Below are positions 48,280 through 60,930 of a DNA stretch of 64,000 bases, one piece after another (position 1 is the first letter of the stretch; every line of letters starts with the position of its first letter). Origin of the DNA: Rhynchobatus australiae (lineage: Eukaryota); contig JAUZTB010000087.1 in assembly GCA_034780895.1 (NCBI GenBank), positions 29,593,259-29,657,258 of the forward strand, given 5' to 3'. A program made the position numbers and the translations under genes. A model generated the notes under the pieces. That model did no database searches. It was not told where the DNA came from and saw only the letters and a list, made by a program, of their open reading frames with translations.

Positions 48280-50250
48280 TGCACATTCCTGTAAGGCCAA
48301 GGCTAGCAGGTTTCAGGAACCCTGACTGACAAGAGATATTGAAGCTCTGGTTAAGAAAAAGAGGGAGGCATACACTGCACAAAAGCAATTAGGAACTAGT
48401 GAATCTCTTGATGATGACGACAAATGTAGGAGTCCATTTAGAAGCTGGGAGGGCAAAACAAGGATATGAGAGGAATCTGGTAAGCAAGGCAAGGCAAAAA
48501 ATCTCAAGAGATCCTATAGTTACTGTAAAGAGTGGCTAGGGAGAGAATAGGTCCCTTTAAAGATCAGCATGGCCATCTGTGTGTGGAACCAAAGGAAATG
48601 AGATTTTAATAAATATTTCTCTTCAATTTATACTGTGGAGAAAACAATGGAAGCTAAGAAAACGGGGAAAACGAGTGATGTCTTGGACCACATAAGAATT
48701 ACCAGGGAGGTAGTATTGGAGGCTTAAAGTGCATTAAGGTGGATAAATCCCCAGGGCCTGACCTGGTGCATTCTTGGACCTTGTGGGAAGCTAGAGAAGA
48801 AATTGTGGAGGACCTTGCAAAGATTTTTGCTTCATCTCTGGCTATAGATGAGGTTTCGGAGGACTGGAAAGTGGCTAATGTGGTACCATCGTCTAAAAAG
48901 GATAGCAAAACCAAGCCAGGATACTACTGGCAGGTGAGTCTGATATTGATGGTGGATAAATAGCTGGAGGGGATTCTGAGGAACAGAATCTACCAACATT
49001 TGGAGAGACAGGATCTGATTTGGGACAATCAGCACAGATTTGTGCATGGGAAGTCATGTCTGACTAATCTGAGTTCTTTGAGGAAGTAACCAAGAGAGTA
49101 GATGAGGGTAGGGCAGTGGACATTGTCTTTATGGACTTTAGCAAGGCCTTTGACAAGGTCCCTCATGGCAGGCTAGTCTGGAACGTTAGATCGCCAATTG
49201 GATTCATAATTGGCTCAGTAGTAGGAAGCAGAGGGTGATGGTCAAAGGTTTTTTCTCGGACTGGAGGCCTGTGTCTAGTGGTGTGCCACAAGGGTCAGTG
49301 CTGGGACCCTTGTTGTTTGTAATTTATATAAATGATTTTGATGTGAATGTACAAGGCCTGGTTAGTAAGTTTGCAGATGATACTAAATTAGGTGGTGTTG
49401 TAAACAGTGTAGAAGGTTATGAAAGATGATTACAGGGGGATCTTGATCAGTTGGTATGTGGCCGACGGGTGGCAAATGACTTTCAATCCAGATAATTGAG
49501 AGGTATTGCATTCTGGGAGGTCAAACCAGGTAGGACTTGTGCAGTGAATGGTGGGGCCCTGGGGAGTGTTGTGGTACAGAGGGACCTAGGAGTACGTGCA
49601 TAGTTTGCTGAAAGCAGTGTCACAGGTAGATAGGGTGGTGAAGGCTTTTGGCACACTGGCCTTCATCAGTCATGGCATTAAGTGGAGGAATTGGGATGTT
49701 ATGTTGCAGTTATACAAGATGTTGGGGAAGCAGCACTTAGAGGATTGTATACAGTTTTGGTCACCCTGTTATAGGAAAGATGTTATTAAGCAGGAAAGAG
49801 TGCAGAAAAGATTTACTAGGATGCTGCCTGGGCTCAGGGGCCTGAGTTACAAGAAGTTGCATAGACTAGGACTTCATGCCTTGGAATGTAGATTGAGGGG
49901 TGACCTGATAGAGGTATACAAGATCAAGAGGGACACAGACAGGGTGCAAGTCTTTTTCCCAGGGAGAGGGTGCTAAAAACAAGAGGGCATAGGTTTAAGA
50001 TCAGAAGTGAGAGATTTAAAAGGCGCATCAGGGGCAGCTTCTTCAGGCAAAGGTGATGCAATTTGGAATGAGCAGTCGAGTCAGGCACACTAGTAACATT
50101 TAAAAGCCATCTAGGAAAATACATGGATAGGAGGGGTTTAGGGAGCTATGGGCCAAACTTGGGCAGATGGGATTAGCTCACTGGGCAACACAGTCAACAT
50201 GGATGAGTTGGGGCCATTGGGCCGTTTCCATGCTATAAGGCTCTATGACA
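48280..50250 (+). mobile_element. CR1/HER1-type LINE, 5'-truncated ~2 kb, with frameshifts and stops
   Basis: DKSPGPD, EDWKVANVVP, DFSKAFDKVPH, GVPQGSVLGPLLFVIYIND, KFADDTKLGG, QFWSPCYRKD, LRGDLIEVYKI; ctctatgac 3' end. Confidence 0.95.
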
Positions 50251-51549
50251 TTAAACCTCTTGAAATATGTTTGGGGTATGTCCCAGAGTAAACCAGATAG
50301 ATTTCCAACATGCACACGCAGTTAGAGGTGGAAGTTAGGAAATGGCTGCCCAATTTATCTTGCACCTCCACACTCTCCTCTTTCACTACTTTGCCAAGGA
50401 AACTTGGCATTCAAACACAAGGATGCAAAACTGTCGTAATTACCCCCGAGACATACCAGAAAGTGTTAGGGTTAGTGCATTTAGATATATCAAATTATAA
50501 AATGCTGTTGTCAGTTTAATTATTGCTGAACAACCTCTGTAGGATTGAAAACTTAATTTTATAGCTGTATTGTCTCCAAAACCAAAATCATTCTTTCCAC
50601 ACCTATTATCACATGGCATACTTGACATTACATGGGAGATTTTAATTTATATTTCCTGGTTGAGACTGGATATGTCTCAATCAGAATTGTTCAGCTTGAC
50701 TGTTTCAAGGGATGTGCTATGCATTCTGTTCACACCCCATAGATTCGTCTCTGTAGGGTTGTGCGCTACAAAGGACCTCTATCCCAAGCTACTTCTGAAA
50801 AAGTCCACAAAACATCTGTAGAGAGATGCTAGTACACTAAACAGCAGAATTCCTTCAGTTTTGACTGCAAATATCAACCCATGACTTCTCCACTTTGATA
50901 ATGATGCTCTGCTACATTCCTCAAAAAGCATTTCTTTTCAACACCTACTTCAGTTATTTTGCAGTTATTGATCAAAATTGACTATCTTCTGCCAGTTTTG
51001 TAGGCAGCACATAGCTAGTAGATTGAAACAATCCAGCTTCAATAAAGACCCTTATTCTTCACTCAGATTCAGGCTGAACCCAATTCCTAAAATTGTGCTC
51101 ACTGATTCACAATCAACAAGTACAAACAAAATCAAATCAAAACTGACCACTTAATTCAAAGGTGTCTCTAGTATTTTAAATATCATTTTCAGTGAGGTAA
51201 ACCATAACAACATGAATACTTACATCAATATAAAATCAGAGGAATGAAACAAAAAATGATGAGTGTATCTGAGTAGCTATCTAATCTGGCCACAAAGTTA
51301 CTGAATCAGCATTCTGTATTGGGTTTGGTTCATTCAGCCTCCTCAGTTTTATAATCTTAAATTTGATTTAATGTCATGCTGATGTTTGATACAGTAAATA
51401 AGTAGTTTCTACTGGTAAAAACAGACTTGAAATTTAAAAACTAAGTTTTGATTTGGAATGCATTGCCCAAAAAACGGAATAGCAAATTTGATCCCAATGT
51501 ACACAGCTACCTCCAATAGTCAAAAATACATTTTACTTCACTCAGAAAA

Positions 51550-52060
51550 AACGTTGCTGACAAGTCCAACATTTATTGACCAGCTGTCTGGAAGGTAGAA
51601 AGTTGCCTTCTTGAATAGCTTTGGTCACTGTGTTGGAGTTAGATAGGAAGATTCGAGATTTTGTCACAGCAACATACTTAGAATCTGGGATAATATGGGA
51701 CTTGGAAGGGAATTTGCATGCACTGGCATCACCATGTATCTGCTTCCTTCTCCTTATGGTTGGAGAATGAAGAAACTAAGCTGCAGCAAAATAGCTTCAT
51801 CATATGGGTAGTGGAGAAAGTTAATTGTTCATGGGATAGAATTGGATTGCTCTGTCCAAGATGATGTTTAACTTCAAGTTGTTGGAGCCACATTCATCCA
51901 AGTACAATGTACAACATATTACAGGTAAGCTCCAATAATCAGCTGTCCAACAATTCAGAAATCCCAATGGTTCAGTATCTGACTCACTGGGTGATTTCAA
52001 TTGGTCTTCCTTGAAACTCACTTGGGCCTTGGTTCCCATGCTCCCCATCAACTTACCTGG
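51550..52060 (-). mobile_element. Degraded LINE 3' fragment (family of 54130-55510)
   Basis: Reverse-complement similarity to 55080-55500. Confidence 0.5.
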
Positions 52061-54129
52061 TTCACTAGAAAGTTATGATATTTGTAACATCAGAAAAAAT
52101 TGAATTAAAACTGTGTTGGGGCATTAATAGGAATATCTGATATTCCAGATCTTCTAATCTGGCTTCCAAGTCCCAAAGATTCCAGACTNNNNNNNNNNNN
52201 NNNNNNNNNNNGCCTTGTAGATGACAAGAGGTTTTGGAGACAAAAGTCACTTTCTATAAAATACACTGGTTCTGACCTGCTTTTGTGTGTAATGTATAAG
52301 GCAACACTTAAAAGACCCAACAGATTTCAAAGCATTTTCTAATCTCTCTCCACCCCCCCCCCCCCATTCTTCACCAATACCTGCAATATTTTGGCAATTA
52401 AAAAGATACTCATCCAAATCATGTAGCTAGGCCAGAAATCACATTAATAGCAGATGAATAGCACTAGCCTTCAAACAAGACTTTCCATTGCTCTTTTCTT
52501 TCCATACAAGTCATTGGAAGTGTGAAATGAAAATAACACAGCACCCTCTGGAAACCATAAGGTATCTAAAAGAAGGGGTCAAGCAACTGCATATCTCCCT
52601 GTCCAATCAGATTGAAGATTTGGCAAATGAACAATTCAAGGAAGCAACACGTTAGGGCACTTAACTAAATTAACAGAGGTTAACTTCTGATAGTTGACTT
52701 TGCATCTACTATGCATGAAGCTCATGCTATGCAATGAATTTGAATGGGGAGTTAGATAACCACATTGGCCACCTTGAAGCCAATCTAACTTCACTATTAG
52801 CTTCTCTGTAGAATAGTAGCAGCACTACCTATTTGTGGCACTTGATGTTTCGAACACGTGCAAATTAAACAACATGATAGCACTAAACCTTGCCAATCAG
52901 GTACCGGGATCAACCTTGAGCAACAAACAATCTGCTGGAGGAACCCAGTGGGCATCTCTTTGGTGGTTGTGGGGGGGGGGGGAAACAAGGGGTGCAGGAG
53001 GGAGCGGAGGAATTGCTGGCATTTTGGGTCAAAACCCTACATCAGGGATGAACCTTGTTTGATTGATTCAATGGCTCTGCCTGAAACTTCCAGCTTTCAG
53101 CATTTAAATTTCATTAAATCTCAGGGTAATGGAGTATGTGTTACTACACTTCATCACCAAACATGAAGTGGAGTTCAGTGGACACTTTGCTGGGTATTAT
53201 GCTGTGAATACACCCCCTCAACTGATCAAACCTGCCTTAAGATCACACAGTTTTTTTAAAGACAAACATGTTTATCCTTTAGACAATTATTAAGTGGAGA
53301 GCAAGACTTCTTCGGACAGAAGTGGTACAATAGGATCAAAAGCATTACTGGGACACATTACTCAAAGTAGACTTTCTGTTACTAAATCTTGCCAAGAAAT
53401 ATTTTCAGCCAAATGAACATGCAAGGAAGTACATCTGGTAGATGGCAGATATCACAGCTTTCACCTGGATACTGTGACGAATTAGAGGTTCAGATTTTGC
53501 AATAAAACTCGCTACTGGCCTTAAAGAGATTACCACTGGTCTGGTCTCAGGGATTTCTGACCAAACAATACTTCTTAACTCTGATTCAGCAAATCCAGAA
53601 GAAACAAGGTTTTTTTTTCATATTTTATGATACTACACGAAGTTAAAGGGAATGAAAGCAAATCAAGTAACAGATCATAAATATCACAACCAAGTCTCAA
53701 AACCTACAGAATTATCATAGATTTAATAACATTGGCATTAGTAATTATAGATTTTAAAAAAACAGGCCCACAAGAAGCTGTAACAGTAACACAAGACACT
53801 TAAAACACCTCAAAGTTCCTTAACACACCACACAACCCCAATCCCTTCAGCTCCAGAAAATGTCAAGAGTCACAAACGACTGTGAATACCTTGGCTTTTG
53901 TCGTCTTTACAAACAGGATATATGGCCCAAAAAAAGTAATAAACCCAACATCCTTGATGATGGTGCAAATTTCATGATACTCATGTATATCCAAGTACTG
54001 CAATTTTTGGACAGTCCTTTCGCTCAGATAGAATTAAAATAGTAAAACTGTAATATCAGAAATAATTACTTTCATTACCTAACTATCCCAAAGCACTTCA
54101 GTTTATCTTCTCGAAGTCATTAAAGGTGC

Positions 54130-55510
54130 CAATTTAAAAAACTAGAGGGGAGGCTGCTGCATTAACATCCTCCCAGTCAATGGAGGACAGCAAATGAATT
54201 CAAAATAGCCATCCACAGCAAGTCCCCCAGTCCCTCAGAAGACAATTCAAATCAGCTTACAAGGTACCAAGACAGAACCAAGCTGACTGCCCAGAAAAGG
54301 CTGTGGATCTCAATTTGTCATACCATCAAAGAGATGCTTCAAAACTAGCTATGTAACTGGCCATGCTACTTCAGTACCACAACACAGGCATCTACCCAAC
54401 AATATAGAAAACTACTCAACTACATCTTGTTCACAATAAGGTGGAAGCCTATATAGCCAATAATTGCTTCATTGATCTATTATCTTCTTAGATCAACAGC
54501 TAAAAAAAGGGTATCTAAAACGGTGCTGTCAATTAACACTCACCGATATGACCCACAGCTGCAGACCTCATTACAGATACAGTTCATATATTAGCCCTAT
54601 TCCAGATACAAGGCAAGTGTAACTGCCCACAACTATTCGTGACACCAAAGTGGTTCTAGGAAAATTGAAGTCAAGGAGAAAAATAGGGAAAACTTTTTCA
54701 CCTAGCACAATAAAAAATTGTTGCAGTTGTTAGTGGCCCATCATCTCAATCCTGGGGCTTTACATTTTCAAAGGAGGCCAAAATAACTTCAGCTGCTTTA
54801 ATCTGTTTTCTTTATCACAAGATCAGAAATGTGTTTAGTTCCATTTTGTGCCTCAAATAATATAGTCCATGCCTATTTGTTGCACGGCCTAGACAACTTT
54901 GAATTTAAGGATATAACCATAATCATTTCCTCCCCACCAATATCCTAGGGTCACCAAAGACTAAAAGCTTAACACTTATGCTGCATAAAAACTGGATNNN
55001 NNNNNNNNNNNNNNNNNNNNNNNNNNNNNNNNNNNNNNNNNNNNNNNNNNNNNNNNNNNNNNNNNNNNNNNNNNNNGCAGTAGTATGATGGACATACTTC
55101 AGCTGTCCAAATAACCATAGCTCTATCAATATTCAAGGAGCTCCACATCATCAAACAAAACAATCTGCTTAATTGGTATCCTTTCCACGGATCCAAACAT
55201 TCATCACCTTAACTAGTGGCATACTGCTTCAAAACACAGCAATGTTATCAATGCAACCTCGAGAACACCTTCAAAACACAAACTAACCATCTAGTAGGCA
55301 ACAAGCCCATCTACAACTGTACTATTGCCTACAAGTTCTCTTCCATGTTACACACCATTCTTACCTCCAAACACATTGGACCAAAATCCTGAAATCCAAC
55401 CTTGCCCTAGAGCATTGCAAGTGTACCTTCATATTGTCTAGAAAGTTACTAATTACAAGGGTATCTCACTATTCAGTTGCTATAAAAGCTGGTCTTACTA
55501 ACAATACTCA
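54130..55510 (+). mobile_element. Degraded CR1/L2-group LINE ORF2 fragment
   Basis: Remnant resembling LA.LFQYSYNTGIYPT.WK at 54335-54420; many lesions. Confidence 0.55.
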
Positions 55511-57329
55511 TATCTGTAAATTATGAACAAGACAGGTCCAATCAACTTTAAATCTCATCCACCCCCAGCTCCCTGGAGGAGTTATCGTATGGGGTGGTGG
55601 AGCAGCAGGATAGAACAATGTGGACTGAGGGAGACAACTGCTGACCAACATAATAGTATACACTTAAACAGGTTACAGCTTTACAGTGACTGGTAGCACC
55701 TGTGTGCACTCTTATTCAGCAAGAGCACAAATGAAGTTAGTTACTCACAACAAATACTAACTATAGTTTACAACAAACCATGTCCATCTGGAGGTTGAAA
55801 TTAACTTCATAGCGCAACCAAAATGCACTATGCAGCACCTCGATGAACCAGGAAATGCCAACAACTGCACACCAAATTACCAGAATTTTTCAATGAAAAT
55901 GTCACCAAGTTCCAGAGTCCTGAACTGAAGTAGATATCCTGAACTTGCTGACTGATTTTTGCTGGTGATTCCCCAGTGCTCCAACACTGGATTCCATGTG
56001 GAGGCCAACGCTCCCCTGTGGACCTTGCACCATTAGGATCTAGCATAGAAACAGCAAGCACATCCATTTCAATGGAAAGGTATGCCAGCAAGGGACCTAA
56101 ATAAATAAGCATTAGGTAATCTGTACCTTTGAAATAACTGAGTTTGCGCTAGTGCTTTCAGCTACATTGATGCACTTTATTTACTAAATCATGTTTAAGT
56201 GCTTGATTATAATGAGAATGTTTACTTCAGAAGCAGAGAAAACTTGAGAAACGAGAAGTAAGTGATACAAATGCTGGAGTGGACATCTGAAACAAAAACA
56301 GAAAATGCAGGAGATATTCAGCTGGTCTGGTAGCATTTGTGACAAGAGAAACATTTGTGGTCAACAACCTTTCAGATTTGAGATATAGCCAAGGCAGGGG
56401 GCACACTATCAAAAGGTGTCTTCAGCAAATTCAGGAGGAGGGTTTTTTCTGGTCAGACCACATAACTGCTGTGCATTGCATTTCAAGACCAAACCTGATA
56501 CTTACCATCACATTTACTATAATGGTCAGCAGCAAACACAAAGGGCTCACCACTGGTAATGAATTCCAGCCCAATGACAAAACAAAGAAAATAATGCCTT
56601 GCAGAATGCAGATCTCAAAATCAGTTTGATCACAAAACAGCAAATTTGAAGCTATAACATGATAGTTTACTAATAATGATGGCTTGGTTTGCATACTAAA
56701 TACACTAATTTTGGTTCCCAGATCCATGCCAATCCTAAACAAAAATTTTCACTAAGCAATCATTCATGTGAAATCTGCCGAGAAATGATCATAAAAACTA
56801 GTATGGTTACATATGCACCATTCATGAAATAATGGCACTAGGACTGGAAACCTAAATTCAATTTGGATTGGCATTCAAATTCAGCATAATTCCAATGTCA
56901 AAGACAATAATGACCTACAAATCAATTCATTTTCTTTCACAGAGAACTCAAAGGGTGGAAAAAAAGCAAATGAATAAAGCTATTAGTCATTAAGTTTTCA
57001 GTGCTCAAACTGAAAGAAAAGCTTCAATTTACCTGTATTACTCTTTTTGAAAGACAGTGTAACTTATTAGCACTGTAAAGATTGCAAAGATGAAGTTTGC
57101 AATGTTACTACACTATTACACTGCCCACTTCATGCCTTATCCACAAAGTTAGAGGATCAGAAATAGCAAGAGACTATATGCCTGCTTACCCCAAAGTGAC
57201 ATCATTCTACCAAAGCAGATCTCCAGTCCTGCAAAATTTGCAGATTATTTTCAATAAACTTATCACACTTGACAATTCAAAATAATGTTTATACGTGGTG
57301 AGTAGACCCCACATTTAAACAATTATTAA

Positions 57330-59715
57330 AATCAACTGGAAGGACATTGAATGCTCATCTGTGGAAGAGCATCCAGAATGCCCAGAATTGTCAAGATTGA
57401 CATAAACAAGCACTCTGTACAAGGCCTCACTGCAATATGCTGAATTAAACACTGGCACCTATTAGACCAAGTGACTGCAAGAGCATCCACGTAAGTTGCA
57501 CTATGTTAGGTGCTAAAACAGTTAATTGAAAAATCACCTGGTCCATTCTGTTCTCTAACAACATGGCCCCTAGAATTGTAACAGCAACAGAAACACTTTT
57601 GCAAGGCAACAATGTCAAGGTGTCAAAAAGCCCACAAAGAAAGCTCTACTCAATGCCTCACACAACCTTGACTCCAACAGGAGCCACAGGGTGTACACAG
57701 TGCACAGCCTGTCTGAAAGCCTTTATAATTAGCATCTGTGGAAAGATTCTTGGCTTCTCTACCAGAAAACACTGGTTTGATCACAATGATCATGAGATGC
57801 AATTAAATCACAAAATACTAGGTATTCTTGAACTGGAAACACCATCATATTCCAAAGAAAAAGTTCTACAACCACATGAAGGTCAGAGTTTGGCAAAAAA
57901 AAGTGACTCAAAAGATGTAAAAGCCTCAGAGATCCACCAAACTGGCAGTAACTTGCCATGCATGGATTCTTCAGTACTAGCAAGATCACCTACAGTGCAA
58001 ACACCCAAGGTCTGATCCTTCTGAGAATCCACAACATGGGAGAGCCAAAAAGGCAGACACCTGCAGAAAACAGAACTTCAAAGACATTCTCAACTTCAAC
58101 TCTATCCTTGATGTGAGCATNNNNNNNNNNNNNNNNNNNNNNNNNNNNNNNNNNNNNNNNNNNNNNNNNNNNNNNNNNNNNNNNNNNNNNNNNNNNNNNN
58201 NNNNNNNNNNNNNNNNNNNNAAAGACATTCTCAACTGAGACCATCTTTGATGCACAGGTCCTTGCATTCCTCACATAACATACTATCCAGTGCAACCAAT
58301 CAGCAAGAAAATAAAAAAAACCATTCAAGAGGCAATTATAAAAGCCTCTGAGGTTGATAGAATCCTTGAAATTCCACAGCATGGGACATCTGCATTTTTG
58401 GCACAAAATGACAACCACATCCTATTCACTTGGAGATAACAGAATAATGCCAGAGAATCTCTCATTATAATCACTACCACCTTCAAGAAAGGAGACAAAA
58501 CCAATCCTAGTAATTACTCTCAGATGCTGCCACAGAGAAAGTCATCACAATGGTCCTCCTCTAAAACTTCCTCCCAATGGCCAAAAAGCTCTTACCAGAG
58601 ACGCAATAAGGATTCTCCCCCATCATGAATTACAATGGACAAGATTTTCCCTGCAGGTCAAATCCAGGAAAAACTTGCAGAGCAGCACCAACCACTACAC
58701 ATAGCCCTTTTCTCAACCCCATAAAATCTTGAGGGAATTTTGGGAAATCTTCTGAAATTCCTTACTATTAAACATCTGCTACACGATAACATATGAATTA
58801 GTGATTCTAACCAAAAGGCCCATCACAGACCTAATCTAAATGCAGACTGGGGTCATGCAAGACTGTGCCATTGCACCAACCTTTTCATTAAAGTGAAGTT
58901 AATCTATGGGGCCAATGGGGAAGACATCAAACATTATCAGCTCCACCCTAGATCCAAGAGCATTCTAATCTCAACTACTGAATTACAATAAACGGACAAC
59001 ACTTGTGCACACTCAGGTCTAACACCAAATAATACAGACCCCATCAGTGAAGCTCAGAAGTGAATGGATTTTATAAAACATTTATATCCAGTTGACAAAA
59101 GCTCCTCTGCCAACATGCTCATGCCATTTAACCCCAATTTGATAATCAACATCTTCAATGAGATCCTGGAAAGCATGAATGACTTTATATCTGGAAAGCA
59201 TGAATGACTTTTTATATCTCAACAGCCCCTCTTAGTGAAGGTAAACATCAATTAAAAAAAAATTACCTTCTCCAATGTGCTACCAAGCCATCTGCTAACT
59301 AAGAGTCCAAGCTGCAATGATCCCTACCCTCCTATGCATTTCTGAAGCAGCAGTCTGCTGTCAGTACCTCAAAACACTAGTAGAGTTAACATTCATCTTC
59401 CCAAAATCTTCAGGAATTGATTGACAAGATTGGTAAGCCAGAGTCACAGTGCTCCCCCAGGCCAACATTCCCAGAATTCTGGTAATCATGTTCAACCAGC
59501 TCCAGCTGACAAGGCACATTATTAACACCCAACACCAGACTCCCAAAATAAGCACTCCAAACTACACAGCAAAAAAATATCCAGGAGGAAAGGAAATACT
59601 GAAGGTCACCTTCTGACAAATTGCAACATTATTCTCAATCCATGGACTGCATTACCCAAAATGGAAGAACACCAGCCTGGACGACAGCCTAAAGACCTTG
59701 ATTCACATAGAAAAA
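57330..59715 (+). mobile_element. Degraded RTE-clade LINE
   Basis: ILGFSTRKHWFDHNDHE (RKHQDWFDEN-like), TFKKGDKTNPSNY and TGVMQDCAIAPT (GVKQGCVLAPT-like). Confidence 0.75.
59166..59217 (+). repeat. Tandem duplication of a 25-nt unit
   Basis: ctggaaagcatgaatgactttatat occurs twice; the second copy has 2 extra T. Confidence 0.85.
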
Positions 59716-60735
59716 AGAATTGGAATAAATGGGTCGTTTTCAAGCTGGAGGGAATTAAATAGTGCAATACCCAAAGGATGAGCTCTGGGCCCTCAATTTA
59801 CTATTTTCATTAATGATACGGAGAAGGAAACACAATGTATGGCTTCCAAGGTTGCCAATGATACGAAAATAAGTGGAAGGGCACATTGTACTGAGGACAT
59901 TGTGATTCTGCAACAGGAAAGAATGTGACTGGGAGGAAACCTGGCCATCTGAGTTCAATGTGGGAAAGTGCGAAATCATGCACTTCAGTAAGAGAAAACA
60001 GAGCAAATTATCATCAAAATGAAGAAAGACTGCAAATTAGAGTAGTTAAAAGGATTTAGGTGTTCCAATGCATGAATCACAAAATCTTAGCAGGTTCAAG
60101 TAGTTAAAGGCAGCAAATGGCTTGCTAGCCTAATTGCAATGTGGTTGGAGTATAAGAATAGGGAGGTTTTGTTAGTTGTATGGGATGCTGGCAAGCCCAC
60201 ACTCGAAATGCTGTGCACAGTTTTGGTCCCATTACCCAAAACAAGAATATAGTAGTATTGGATGTAGTCAGAAAAATTCACAAGGCTAATTCCTGGCATG
60301 AGAGGGTTGTCTTATCAAGTGAGGCTACACAGTTTGGGTCTGCATTCCTTGGAGCTTAAATGAAGGGTGACCTTGCTTAAACATGCAAGATCCTAAGGGG
60401 GCTTGACAGGGCAGGTGTTGAGATGTTTTCTATAGCAGGAGAGTCACAAGCACAGAGACATGGGTACAAAATAATGAGCCAGTCATTTAAAACTGAGGTG
60501 CATAGAAATTTCCTCTCTGAGCACAGTGAATCTGAAATCTTCTGCACCCAAGACTGGTGGAAGCCAGATCATTAAGATAAATACATATTTGAAAGGTCAA
60601 GGAATTAAGGGCTATGGGAAACTGGGTGAGAAGAAAATCTGTAGCCAACATAGATCAATCACAATCATATTAAACAGCAGGGCAGGTTCGAGGCCTGGTG
60701 GCTTATCCTTGCCATTTTTTGTGTTCTTAATTCTC
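59716..60735 (+). mobile_element. CR1-type LINE 3' fragment nested in the RTE element
   Basis: SKVANDTKISG, EFNVGKCEIMHF, cagttttggtccc and gaagggtgacctt CR1 motifs plus 3'UTR. Confidence 0.8.
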
Positions 60736-60739
60736 TAGG

Positions 60740-60930
60740 ATAGGGGCAGGGACAGCCAACTGCAAATACGGCAGGAATCTACAATATTCCAAACAACCAA
60801 TCCACCCAATTCATCAAGCAACGTCTTCCCCACTAAGTTGGAGTCTGAGGATCACACACAGAATGCTTCAGCCACCCTAAAAAAACAGAACTGTGTGGAC
60901 CACCAAGGACGGACAGAGAAAACTTGCCAA
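60740..60930 (+). mobile_element. Probable 3' end of the interrupted RTE element
   Basis: Degenerate C-terminal zinc-finger-like region (...ttcagccaccctaaaa ~ ISHLRTH). Confidence 0.4.

Noticed and set aside
52141-52188. LEARLEDLE peptide resembling the exon 2 motif QARLEALLEAA
   Set aside because: The flanking residues and splice sites do not fit, so this is a chance similarity. Exon 2 was not found in the window.
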